From Saprospira grandis str. Lewin (GTDB taxonomy: Bacteria > Bacteroidota > Bacteroidia > Chitinophagales > Saprospiraceae): a stretch of 64,000 nucleotides of DNA. This document shows, piece after piece, positions 54,933 to 63,941 of the stretch. The notes below the pieces were generated by a model. The model was not told the DNA's origin and did not search any database. It saw only the letters and a list, made by a program, of their open reading frames with translations. The stretch spans positions 1,096,995-1,160,994 of the forward strand of contig NC_016940.1 in NCBI RefSeq assembly GCF_000250635.1, in the 5' to 3' direction. Each line of letters starts with the position of its first letter. Position 1 is the first letter of the stretch. The position numbers and the translations under genes are program-made.

Positions 54933-56249
54933 TTATTCTGCGCTATCTTCTTCACTACTCTCCTCTTCGGCTTCTTCTTCAACAGGATCGGGCAAATCTT
55001 TACCTCCATCGTCAAATTCTGCTTTGAGGACCACAATGATTTCCTTAATGGTCTCCTCTTCCAAGTCTGTCCGACGCAAGAGCTCATCCAAACTTAGATT
55101 GAGTACATTTCTGGCGGTATCACAACCAATATTCTTCAATTCATCAATGACCCAATCTTCAATCTCATCTCTAAACTCGTCGAGCTCTACATCAAAGTCG
55201 GCATCTGTATCAAAGGCGCCTTCTCTAAAGACGTCAATGTTGTAATCTACTAAACGGCTAGCCAATTTGATATTGACGCCCTTCTTACCAATCGCCTTAG
55301 AAATTTCAGCCGCTTCCAAAAAGACAGAAGCTTTGCGATTATCCAAGTCCAATTCTACCGAACTGATCCGCGCTGGCGTCAATGCCCGCTGAATCAATAA
55401 GGCTTCATTGCTAGTATAATTGATAATGTCTATGTTTTCGTTCCGCAATTCCCGAACAATTCCGTGAATTCTAGAACCTTTCATCCCTACACAGGCCCCA
55501 ACAGGGTCAATTCGCTCGTCATAAGACTCTACCGCTACCTTGGCTCTATCGCCAGGCGCACGAACAATCTTACGCACCGTAATCAATCCATCCTCAATCT
55601 CAGGTACCTCCTGCTCGAGCAAACGCTCCAAAAAGCTGCTGGCCGTACGAGAAAGAATGACCATGGGGTTGTTGTTTTTGTTCTCTACTCGGTCCACTAC
55701 CGCCCGAACCATATCTCCCTTACGGAAATAATCGCCGCGAATAGTTTCCGATTTAGGCAACATCAACTCCGCTCCGGTAGCCTCATCCACAATCACAAAT
55801 TCCCGCTTCAAGGTCTGTGCTACTTCTCCAAAAATAAGGTCCCCAATCCGGTCGGCATACATCTGATATACCTTGTCCTTCTCTAGTTCCAAAATTCTTG
55901 AAATTAAGGTCTGACGAGCCGCCATGATCGCACGACGACCAAAATCAGCTACCCCCACTTTTTCATAACACTCTTCGCCTACCTCATAGTCCTCCTCAAT
56001 CTTTACCGCATCGCTAATCGCAATATGATAACGATCATCCTCTACCTCGCCATCGGGAACGATCTCGCGCTTGCGCCAAATCTCTAAATCCCCCTCAATG
56101 GTGCTCACAATGATGTCAAAGTTATCATCGGCCCCATATTTTTTGCGAATAAGGGTTCTGAATACATCCTCGAGCACCCGCACCATGGTTGGGCGATCAA
56201 TGCTCTTCATATTTTTAAACTCCGAAAAGGAATCAATCAAATTGATCAT
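54933..56249 (-). CDS. nusA: Transcription termination/antitermination factor NusA
   Basis: S1 and KH region blocks (VGACVGMKGSRIHGIVREL, RKIVRAPGDRAKVAV) and an acidic C-terminal tail. Immediately downstream of rimP. Confidence 0.9.
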   Translation of the reverse strand: MINLIDSFSEFKNMKSIDRPTMVRVLEDVFRTLIRKKYGADDNFDIIVSTIEGDLEIWRKREIVPDGEVEDDRYHIAISDAVKIEEDYEVGEECYEKVGVADFGRRAIMAARQTLISRILELEKDKVYQMYADRIGDLIFGEVAQTLKREFVIVDEATGAELMLPKSETIRGDYFRKGDMVRAVVDRVENKNNNPMVILSRTASSFLERLLEQEVPEIEDGLITVRKIVRAPGDRAKVAVESYDERIDPVGACVGMKGSRIHGIVRELRNENIDIINYTSNEALLIQRALTPARISSVELDLDNRKASVFLEAAEISKAIGKKGVNIKLASRLVDYNIDVFREGAFDTDADFDVELDEFRDEIEDWVIDELKNIGCDTARNVLNLSLDELLRRTDLEEETIKEIIVVLKAEFDDGGKDLPDPVEEEAEEESSEEDSAE

Positions 56250-56265
56250 ACCTTATGTATAATTT

Positions 56266-56754
56266 TTAAAATGTAATCTTAACTAGCGCTTTCTTAATAC
56301 GCTCAAAGGGAATCTCCTGACGCATCTCGACCAACTCTTTCTTTTTCCGCCCCTCTATCTTCACTTTCTCACTATAAGTCAATACAATATGCTCCTCCGT
56401 CACTTCTTCTAACTTCCCCTTCGCATGCTTGTGCTCTCCCTCAATCTCTACCGATAACTCCCGCCCTATGTTCTTCACATACTGACGATGTAGCTTCAAC
56501 GGACGATCTAGGCCCGGAGAGGACACATCCAAGGTGTATTTCTCTCCCAACCAACCATTCTCCTCTATCTGAGCTTCCAAATGACGACTCAATCGCGCAC
56601 AATCTCCAAAATTGACCCCATTGTCACTGTCAATAAAAACCTGCACTTTGTTCTCGCCCTTATACTCAATCTCTACCAGAAATAAAGCCTCTCGACCCTC
56701 TTCTGCAAAATAAGCCGTTATCAAATCGGCTAGCTTTTCCGTAATTGTTGGCAT
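56266..56754 (-). CDS. rimP: Ribosome maturation factor RimP
   Basis: ~160 aa. LFLVEIEYKGENKVQVFIDSDNGVNFGDCARLSRHLE fits RimP. Classic rimP-nusA-infB order. Confidence 0.8.
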   Translation of the reverse strand: MPTITEKLADLITAYFAEEGREALFLVEIEYKGENKVQVFIDSDNGVNFGDCARLSRHLEAQIEENGWLGEKYTLDVSSPGLDRPLKLHRQYVKNIGRELSVEIEGEHKHAKGKLEEVTEEHIVLTYSEKVKIEGRKKKELVEMRQEIPFERIKKALVKITF

Positions 56755-56931
56755 CTGACTTCTTTATAATAAAAAGAGGGAACGTTTTCACGGTTCCCTC
56801 GCTCAATGCGTTTTGCTGCCACAAATATAAGCATTTATCTTTAGCTTTTTGGACTTTCTCCAGATTTGTTAGCCCAGCCCCCATTTTTTCCAGCTCCTCT
56901 CCCCTCCTTTCTACTGCCTCAATTTCTGCTG

Positions 56932-57192
56932 TTTTGGGGCCTCCCGCCTGCGGCGGGCGGTTACTCCCTTTGGTCGTCGAACTGCGAACTAAAGTTCTTG
57001 TTGTCGTTTATTCTCTTTGGTCATCGAACTGGCGCCCCTATAGGGGCTTGTTGTCGCAGCTCGCTGCTATTTTGGGGCCTCCGCCTCCCTTCGGTCGTCG
57101 GCGCTACGTTCCGCAGCTCGCTATTCGCTCGGCCCTTCGCCAGCTTCGCTGGCTCGGTCTGGCCTACGGCCACTGCTGCACATCGCTAGGCC
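56932..57192 (+). repeat. GC-rich modular intergenic repeat, copy 19 (forward; composite of two heads plus the extra module)
   Basis: ttttggggcctcccgcctgcggcgggcggttactccctttggtcgtcgaactgcgaactaaagttcttgttgtcg...ggtcatcgaactggcgcccctataggggcttgttgtcgcagctcgctgctattttggggcctccgcctcccttcggtcgtcggcgctacgttccgcagctcgctattcgctcggccc...ctgctgcacatcgctaggcc. Confidence 0.85.
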
Positions 57193-57225
57193 TGTGGCCC
57201 TTCGGGCCTGTAGGACGAAAAAGTT

Positions 57226-57675
57226 TTAGCTAGCTTTAATGGCTTTATTAGGTTGATAATTATACTTCTTCAATGCCGCCTTCATTTTTGCTATGGCCTT
57301 CAATATTTCAGTACGGTTCTTTCTGCTTTTTATCCATTGAGGAAGCCGACTCGCTAAACTCCTATTTATGTTTGGAACACGCTCCCGTAAATCAGCTTCA
57401 ACATAGCGCTCAATAAAATCTAAATGAGCCCTGTTTCTCGCCCAGAGAACATGCCCGCAACAATGAATGACTAGGAAGTAGTTAATGTCTATAGTCAGTC
57501 GAACATAATGAGGTAGACAAGAAAACAGTGGTTCAAACTTTTTATTAAACCCACAATGAATACAAGCCACTTGTAAGTCGATAAAATCTGTTGGTCTCGC
57601 ACATTTGGGACAACCTACTATTTCAGCACCGTAAAAGTCGTATAAGGTTGTTCCATTGTCTTCAAATTTTTTCAT
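57226..57675 (-). CDS. Hypothetical zinc-ribbon protein in a low-GC islet
   Basis: CPKC...CIHC Cys pairs plus HCCGH. The local sequence is AT-rich relative to the window. No recognisable family. Confidence 0.4.
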   Translation of the reverse strand: MKKFEDNGTTLYDFYGAEIVGCPKCARPTDFIDLQVACIHCGFNKKFEPLFSCLPHYVRLTIDINYFLVIHCCGHVLWARNRAHLDFIERYVEADLRERVPNINRSLASRLPQWIKSRKNRTEILKAIAKMKAALKKYNYQPNKAIKAS

Positions 57676-57819
57676 CTTTATTTTATTTAGAGTGAATTAG
57701 TATTATTAGCCCTCTAACTGCTCATCTTCTGATAGATGATTTTTTGCTTGGGCTAGCTGTCCACTCAATACCCGCTTTCATTGAAAAAAGTTCTATTGTC
57801 TTCAAAAGAAAGAAGGACT

Positions 57820-58389
57820 TTATTCTTTTATTTCTTTCCTTTTTAGGCCATTATCTCCCCCACTCCCCCCATAACAAAGGCAATCTTCATGCTCTGCATA
57901 GTCTTTTAGCTTAGGGTGCTTAAACTCTCCCAACTTTTGTAGGCCAATTTTTTTCATGACTTGCTCGGACTTTTGGTTGTCTAGGGTGCAAACGGCAATG
58001 AGCTGCTCTATTTCTAGCTCCTCAAAGGCAAATTCCAGACATTTTTTGGCCCCTTCTGTTGCATAGCCCTGCCCCCAGGCCGCTTTTTTCAAGCGCCAAC
58101 CAATATCTACCGCAGGCGTGTAGGCGCTCTCATAATCCTGATAGGCTAAGCCGATGAAGCCTATAAATTCTCCGCTCTCTAAAATGTCAGTGGCAAAATA
58201 GCAGTAGCCATATTTCTCCTGATGCGCCTGTAGCCGCCGCAGAAAGGCCGCCGTTTCTTCTTCTGTTAGCGGACTGGGAAAATGTGCCATGACCTCTAAA
58301 TCGGCATTCATTTTTGCCAATTCAGGCAGGTCGGCGGCGGTCCAAACACGAAAACCCAAGCGGGCAGAGCGAAAAAGGTAGTTTTTCAT
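57820..58389 (-). CDS. GNAT-family N-acetyltransferase (RimJ/RimL-like)
   Basis: ~189 aa. RLGFRVWTAADLPEL...GYCYFA...IGWRLKKAAWGQGYATEGAKKCLEFAFEEL matches the acetyl-CoA-binding motif A pattern. Confidence 0.7.
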   Translation of the reverse strand: MKNYLFRSARLGFRVWTAADLPELAKMNADLEVMAHFPSPLTEEETAAFLRRLQAHQEKYGYCYFATDILESGEFIGFIGLAYQDYESAYTPAVDIGWRLKKAAWGQGYATEGAKKCLEFAFEELEIEQLIAVCTLDNQKSEQVMKKIGLQKLGEFKHPKLKDYAEHEDCLCYGGSGGDNGLKRKEIKE

Positions 58390-58448
58390 GTTGATTGTTT
58401 TTATTGGTCCAAGATAGGGTTTAAAATTTTGTGTATGCGCCTTTCTTG

Positions 58449-58760
58449 CGGCCTAGGGACATATATCTCCTCATCTATTATCTCATCTCTACCCCTAGGG
58501 CCAAGGCCCTAGGGGCATGTATCTCCTCATCTATTATCTCTGCGCCTAGGGACAAGCCCCTAGGCTAGCTTTTTTAGACAGCCCTCTAAAGAGGGCCTCC
58601 AGATAAGGCCCTTCTCTACAATAACTCCTTACTTAAATAAGCTAGTTGATAGACATCTAAGCGCTTACCTAAACTTAGGTAAGCTAATTGACAGAGATCT
58701 AATGGCTTACTCCAATTGGGATGCCCTAATTGACAGAGATCAAGGCCTTTAGGCGATTTA
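58449..58760. repeat. Local direct-repeat block: a 33-bp unit x2 (cctaggg(a/g)cat(a/g)tatctcctcatctattatctc) with CCCTAGGGCC/GGCCCTAGGG palindromes, then a 42-bp periodic direct repeat x3 (ctaattgacagagatc... at ~58642, 58684, 58726)
   Basis: Directly visible. Copy 1 at 58451-58483 and copy 2 at 58509-58541. The three 42-bp units contain ctagttgatagacatctaagcgcttac, ctaattgacagagatctaatggcttac and ctaattgacagagatcaaggccttta, with the inverted repeats cttacctaaacttaggtaag and ccaattgg in the spacers. Confidence 0.8.
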
Positions 58761-58761
58761 G

Positions 58762-58898
58762 CAGGCGGCGAAGCCGCCGCAGGCCTAGCGATGTGCAGCA
58801 GTGCGGCGCAGCCGCAGACCAAGGCCGTCAGGCCGCAGGGCCGAGCGAATAGCGAGCTGCGAAACGTAGCGCCCGCCGAAGGCGGGAGGCCCCAAAAA
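58762..58898 (-). repeat. GC-rich modular intergenic repeat, copy 20 (reverse; near-identical to copy 2)
   Basis: ggcctagcgatgtgcagcagtgcggcgcagccgcagaccaaggccgtcaggccgcagggccgagcgaatagcgagctgcgaaacgtagcgcccgccgaaggcgggaggccccaaaaaaa. Confidence 0.85.
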
Positions 58899-58957
58899 AA
58901 CAAAAAAGGAGCAGTAAAAAATTACTACTCCTTTTGTATGCTATTGTGCCCAAGCCA

Positions 58958-59779
58958 TTAGATAAAGAGGTCGGGCATAGGTTTTTGGCTGCTATCTACA
59001 GCATATTGGCTAAGGTCTTGGATGCCTTCAAACATCAAGACTTCATCATCGAGGAAGAAATTGCCCGTGCATTCTGCGGCGGGGCGTTGCAAGATGAAAT
59101 AAGCGGCATCGGCCACCACTTTGGGCGTACGGCTCTGTTGCACCATAGCCTCTCCGCCTAAAAGATTGCGCACGGCAGCCGTGGCAACAGTCGTTCTAGG
59201 CCAAAGGGCATTCACGCCAATTTTATAATCCTTAAACTCCTCCGACATGCCCAAAACGCACATACTCATGCCGTATTTGGTCATGGTATAAGCCACATGA
59301 TTAGCGAACCATTTGGGGTCCATATTCAAGGGTGGCGAAAGGTTGAGGATATGGCCATTTTCTGACTTTTTGAGGTGGGGCAAACAAGTTTTGCTCACCA
59401 AAAAGGTCCCTCTCACATTTACGGAGTGCATCAAATCATAGCGCTTGAGGCTAGTGTGCTCCGTGGGCGTAAGGCTAATTGCGCTAGCGTTATTGATGAG
59501 GATATCAATGCCACCAAACTCGGCCACCGCCTTATCTACGGCTTCTTGGACCAGCTCCTCGCTGCGTACATCTAGGAAAACCGCCAGGCCTTTTCCGCCA
59601 GCAGCCGTCATTTCTTCGGCGGCGGTATAAATGGTTCCCTCTAATTTGGGATGGGGTTCTGTGGTTTTGGCCGCCACCACAATATTGGCGCCCTCTTGGG
59701 CCAAACGAAGGCCAATTGCTTTGCCGATTCCGCGGCTACCGCCTGTAATAAAGACAGTTTTATTCTTAAAATAACTCAT
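58958..59779 (-). CDS. SDR-family oxidoreductase (HSDL2-like)
   Basis: KTVFITGGSRGIGKAIGLRLAQEGANIVV Rossmann motif and the catalytic YxxxK region (YTMTKYGM). Start set to the MSYFKNK ATG at 59779. Confidence 0.75.
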   Translation of the reverse strand: MSYFKNKTVFITGGSRGIGKAIGLRLAQEGANIVVAAKTTEPHPKLEGTIYTAAEEMTAAGGKGLAVFLDVRSEELVQEAVDKAVAEFGGIDILINNASAISLTPTEHTSLKRYDLMHSVNVRGTFLVSKTCLPHLKKSENGHILNLSPPLNMDPKWFANHVAYTMTKYGMSMCVLGMSEEFKDYKIGVNALWPRTTVATAAVRNLLGGEAMVQQSRTPKVVADAAYFILQRPAAECTGNFFLDDEVLMFEGIQDLSQYAVDSSQKPMPDLFI

Positions 59780-59873
59780 CAGGATTGATTTTTTGGTATT
59801 GCTCTTAGCGAGCGGCTTGAAATTGACCATTTTTTGTCAGTTCACAAAATATTAGTTGGCCTTTTTCTCTGCG

Positions 59874-61478
59874 CTAAGACAAGTCCAAATACTTGCGGAT
59901 GGTGTTAATGGCCACGCCTAGCACCCGAGCCGTTGCCGTTTGGTTGCCCTGCATGCGTTCATAGACCATTTTGATATGCTGCGCCTTGACATCTTCTAGG
60001 CGGAGGCTATCGAGAAAAAGCTGCTGCATCAGGTGCAATCTTTTGGGGAAATCTTGGCGACTGACCTCTTCTAGGCCCAAAACATAGAAGCGCTCCACCA
60101 GACTTTCTAGCTCTCGGATATTTCCGGGAAATCGATAATTAAGTAGCTCCTTATAGGCTTTCTTTTCAAACTGAATTGGTTTTTTTCGGCAATAAAGCTG
60201 TCGTTTTTGCTCTACAAAATGCTTGAGGTAGAGCTCCTTGGCGGCTTGTCCCTGCTCGTCTAGGCTGGGCAGTTCTAGCTCAGCAATGGCGAGGCGATAA
60301 TAGAGATCCCAGCGAAATTTACCGGCCTGACAAAGCTGTACCAAATCCTGATTGGTAGCCACAATAATGCGCACATCTACCTTTCTAATTTGCTGCCCAA
60401 TGGGAGCAATTTCTCCAGACTGCAAAACCCGCAAGAGCGTTTGCTGCATCTGGGGAGAAATATCGCCAATTTCATCTAGGAAAATGCTGCCCTTATCGGC
60501 CTGCTCAAAATAGCCTTTATGCTCTTGGCTGGCGCCGGTAAAAGAGCCTTTGGCATGGCCAAAGAGGCGAGACTCCAGCAGAGAATCGGAAAAAGCGGCA
60601 CAATTGACCGCAATAAATGGCTGCTTGGATCGGGGCGACTTACTATGGATAAACTGGGCCAATAATTCTTTGCCACTTCCACTCGCCCCCTGAATAATAA
60701 TCGTTCCCCTTTCGGCCTGCGCCACCTTAAAGGCCTGATTATAGACCCGCTCTAGGGCGGGGCTCAGCAGCACATGATCTTCGGGCAATTGGCTGCGGCT
60801 CATCTCTTGGCGGCTGCGGCCTTCTTTTAAGATAAAAGAGCCCAGCTCGGTAGCCCGCTCAATATTGAGGAACTTTCGACGGGGTTGTTGTTCGGGACTC
60901 TCTTGGCTTTTGGTGGTTTGCAACAGGCAGGTCCGTAGCCCCAACTGCTGATGCAGCATAAACCAAACCACCGACATGGCCGAGGTGCCTGGAGAGAAAA
61001 AGAGATCAATTTGATAATCCCTATGCTCAAATAATACAGGCTCTACCTTGGCCTTAATGGGGGCAAAATCTATAATTTCCTCTTCGCTTAGGCCCATATA
61101 TCGGCCCTCAATTTGATGGCTGGGAAAATCTCGTCTCAGCGTATTGAGCAGAAACTCAAAGGCCGTATTTTCTTGGGCCTTAGAACAGAGGATGATGTGC
61201 TTTTCATAGCCCTCAGTTTCCGAAAAAAAGTATTGGTGGAGCTCATAATTGGGCCCAAACTTATTGATTTGTGAACGCTTTTCTCCTCGCTCAAAATCAG
61301 AAAGGGGAGCCCACCAAGAAATAACGACCTTGGGTTGCATACCGCAGTGTTTAAACAATTGAATGGGTTGAAATTGATGGTTCAGATAGCTGATGAACCG
61401 ACTATTGTCTGTCATTTGTGTTGGTTTTGCTTTAGGAGGGGCAAAACGAACTAAAAAACAGACCAAGCTATAATTCAT
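59874..61478 (-). CDS. Sigma-54-dependent transcriptional activator (bEBP) with an unrecognised ~240-aa N-terminal domain
   Basis: AAA+ sigma-54 interaction blocks (GASGSGKELLAQFIH, GSFTGA, GSIFLDEIGDISPQMQQTLLRVLQ) and a C-terminal Fis-type HTH (TATARVLGVAINTIRKYL). An alternative start is at 61415. Confidence 0.8.
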   Translation of the reverse strand: MNYSLVCFLVRFAPPKAKPTQMTDNSRFISYLNHQFQPIQLFKHCGMQPKVVISWWAPLSDFERGEKRSQINKFGPNYELHQYFFSETEGYEKHIILCSKAQENTAFEFLLNTLRRDFPSHQIEGRYMGLSEEEIIDFAPIKAKVEPVLFEHRDYQIDLFFSPGTSAMSVVWFMLHQQLGLRTCLLQTTKSQESPEQQPRRKFLNIERATELGSFILKEGRSRQEMSRSQLPEDHVLLSPALERVYNQAFKVAQAERGTIIIQGASGSGKELLAQFIHSKSPRSKQPFIAVNCAAFSDSLLESRLFGHAKGSFTGASQEHKGYFEQADKGSIFLDEIGDISPQMQQTLLRVLQSGEIAPIGQQIRKVDVRIIVATNQDLVQLCQAGKFRWDLYYRLAIAELELPSLDEQGQAAKELYLKHFVEQKRQLYCRKKPIQFEKKAYKELLNYRFPGNIRELESLVERFYVLGLEEVSRQDFPKRLHLMQQLFLDSLRLEDVKAQHIKMVYERMQGNQTATARVLGVAINTIRKYLDLS

Positions 61479-61547
61479 TGATAAACAAGCCTCTTTAAAA
61501 CAGAAGCTTCATCAAAAAATGATGGCAGCTATCAAAAACTGATGACT

Positions 61548-62279
61548 TTATTCTCTAATGATACGGAATTTCATCCAAATATCTTCCTGAGGGCGGCCAT
61601 ATTGGTCTTTGGCTTGGGCCGCAATGCTATCAATAATATCGAGGCCTTCATAGACCCGCCCAAAAACGGAGTAATTCATATCGAGCTGTGGGCTGCCCCC
61701 TAAATACTTATAGCGCATTCTGTTTTCGGGACTATAGACCATATTGTACTTGCGCTCATTTTGGTCCAATTGCTCCATTCGGACCTGGCTACCCTGTACA
61801 ATATAAAACTGGCTAGCGGAGGACTTTTTTTCTGGGTTGAGCTCATCACTTTGTCGAGCGGCAGCCAAAGCCCCTTTGATATGGGGATACTGCGGCAGGA
61901 TTTCGGCCTCTAGCAGTTGGCCATTGCCGCCTCCGCCCAAACGTTGTCCTTTTTTGGCTTGTCTGGAGCTGGGGTCTCCCCCCTGAATCATAAAGCCTTC
62001 AATTACCCGATGAAAAAGCAGGCTATCATAAAAGTTTTGGCGGATCAACTGCAGCATATTTTCTCTATGGCCGGAGGGCTCAAAATAGAGCTCTATCTTC
62101 ATCTCGCCATAGGGCGTTTCTAGGGCCACCAAAGAAGAAAAGGGATCGGGAGCGGGAATTAGCAAACTGCTATCTATAGCCGCTGTTTTAGGGCTAGAGC
62201 GGTCTTCAATCTCTAAAGGGCGATGGCAGGCACAAAAAAGCAAGAGCAGTAGGCCAAGCGGGTATAATTTCTGTATCAT
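61548..62279 (-). CDS. Cyclophilin-type peptidyl-prolyl cis-trans isomerase (lipoprotein)
   Basis: FHRVIEGFMIQGGDP and the YSVFGRVYEGLD region. Lipobox-like MIQKLYPLGLLLLLFCAC. Confidence 0.8.
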   Translation of the reverse strand: MIQKLYPLGLLLLLFCACHRPLEIEDRSSPKTAAIDSSLLIPAPDPFSSLVALETPYGEMKIELYFEPSGHRENMLQLIRQNFYDSLLFHRVIEGFMIQGGDPSSRQAKKGQRLGGGGNGQLLEAEILPQYPHIKGALAAARQSDELNPEKKSSASQFYIVQGSQVRMEQLDQNERKYNMVYSPENRMRYKYLGGSPQLDMNYSVFGRVYEGLDIIDSIAAQAKDQYGRPQEDIWMKFRIIRE

Positions 62280-62312
62280 TAGCGGTATTTTGGCCCTAAA
62301 ATACTAAGGCAA

Positions 62313-62693
62313 ATGCAAAGCAAATTATTTCTATTTAGCTTTTTTCTATCTCTTCCCTTTTCGCTACTGGCCCAGAGCATCCAGCTGGTAGATGGTCCTG
62401 CGCCCGAACAGCCCTATGCGGAATTAGTGGCCGAAAGCTGGGATGAGCAAGGCGCCAATTTTGAAATCCTCATTGAGAACAAAGGAAAGGCGATGCTCCA
62501 AATTGATAGCATCGCCCTGAGTTGCGATTGTTTGACTTTGCGGCCTTATCATAACATTCCCTTGCCAGAAGATGGCCGCCGCCGCTTTTTTATTCAGTAT
62601 AAAGGTCCCAAAAAACCTTTTGATTTAATGGCCATTATTTATAGCAATGCCAAAAATCACCCCGCCTATTGGCTGCGCCTAAAACAGGACTAG
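62313..62693 (+). CDS. DUF1573 domain-containing secreted protein
   Basis: Signal peptide. ~125 aa with FEILIENKGKAMLQIDSIALSCDCLTLRP resembling DUF1573 as recalled. Confidence 0.55.
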   Translation: MQSKLFLFSFFLSLPFSLLAQSIQLVDGPAPEQPYAELVAESWDEQGANFEILIENKGKAMLQIDSIALSCDCLTLRPYHNIPLPEDGRRRFFIQYKGPKKPFDLMAIIYSNAKNHPAYWLRLKQD

Positions 62694-63841
62694 TCTACAG
62701 TCTCTTTAGGGTAAAGCGAGCGCTGAATCACTTTCTCATAATAGGCCTCGTACTGAGGCAGTATATTTTCTATCGAAAACTTTTTGGCATGTTCTAAGGC
62801 CGCCTTCTGAAACTTCTGATGTAGGGTTTCATCCTTGAGCAACTTAATGGCATTGGCGGCCATTTCATCCACCTCGCCCAAATCGGAGCAAAAGCCCGTC
62901 ACTCCATGCAAATTGACTTCGGGCAAACCGCCCACATTGGTCGAAATTACGGGAACCTCACAGGCCATAGCCTCTAGGGCCGAAAGGCCAAAACTCTCAC
63001 TAGCCGAAGGCATAATAAAGAGGTCCGAAACGGCCAACAACTCTTCTACCGCATCTTGCTTACCCAAAAAGCGAATATCTGCACAAAGGCCCAATTCTCT
63101 ACACAATTGCTCTAGTTTTTGCCGCTCTGGCCCATCGCCAACCAACAGTAGCTTGGCAGGCAACTCGGCCCGAACCTGCGCAAAAATCTTGACCACATCC
63201 TCTACCCGCTTTACCTTGCGAAAATTAGAAATGTGAATCAGTATTTTTTCGCCATGAGGCGCAATCGCTTTGCGAAAATGCTCTTTGTTCGAGCGCTTAA
63301 ATCGGTCAAAATCAATGAAGTTATAAATGACCTCAATCTCTTGGTCCACCTCAAAGTTGGCATAAGTATCCTGTCGCAAACTATCCGATACCGCCGTTAC
63401 CCCATCCGATTTATTGATCGCAAAACTGACCACTGGCTCATAAACGGGCTGCTTGCCCACCAGCGTAATATCGGTCCCATGCAAGGTCGTCACGGTGGGA
63501 ATATAGATCCCTTCTTGCAGCAATATTTTCTTGGCCATATAAGCCACCGAAGCATGCGGCACCGCATAATGCACATGCAAAACGTCTAGTTGGTCATATT
63601 TGACCACATCCACCAACTTAGAGGCCAGGGCCGTTTCATAAGGCGGATAATCAAAAAGAGGATAGTCTGCAAAACGAACCTCATTATAGACAATATTCTC
63701 ATGAAACCCATCCAAACGAGCCGGAGGAGCATAGGTAATAAAATGAACTTTATGGCCTCTATCGGCTAGGCCTTTGCCCAATTCTGTGGCAACAACACCG
63801 CTACCTCCATAGGTAGGATAACAAACAATTCCTATTTTCAT
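62690..63841 (-). CDS. bshA: N-acetyl-alpha-D-glucosaminyl L-malate synthase BshA (GT4 glycosyltransferase, bacillithiol biosynthesis)
   Basis: MKIGIVCYPTYGGSGVVATELGKGLADRGHKVHFITY N-terminus characteristic of BshA, and a GT4 C-terminal domain (E...LPEVN...G). Confidence 0.75.
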   Translation of the reverse strand: MKIGIVCYPTYGGSGVVATELGKGLADRGHKVHFITYAPPARLDGFHENIVYNEVRFADYPLFDYPPYETALASKLVDVVKYDQLDVLHVHYAVPHASVAYMAKKILLQEGIYIPTVTTLHGTDITLVGKQPVYEPVVSFAINKSDGVTAVSDSLRQDTYANFEVDQEIEVIYNFIDFDRFKRSNKEHFRKAIAPHGEKILIHISNFRKVKRVEDVVKIFAQVRAELPAKLLLVGDGPERQKLEQLCRELGLCADIRFLGKQDAVEELLAVSDLFIMPSASESFGLSALEAMACEVPVISTNVGGLPEVNLHGVTGFCSDLGEVDEMAANAIKLLKDETLHQKFQKAALEHAKKFSIENILPQYEAYYEKVIQRSLYPKETVD

Positions 63842-63941
63842 AATGACGCTTCTGTATGCTTTGGCCTCAAGATAAGGCCCGACTTATAATAAACAAAAGC
63901 CCTAAAAGGTTTTTAAGTGATGTTTAAGCCTATTCTGCTGT

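Noticed and set aside
51634-56249. Antisense and overlapping ORFs within infB/nusA (52729..53283, 53330..53671, 53541..53846, 53804..54655, 54886..55245, 55464..55886 and others)
   Set aside because: They are embedded in highly conserved housekeeping genes. They are Ser/Leu-rich reverse-frame translations of the Lys/Glu-rich infB N-terminal region, with no conserved motifs.
63233-63589. ORF 63233..63589 (+) and 62835..63236 (+) inside bshA
   Set aside because: Antisense to a clearly recognisable BshA coding sequence.
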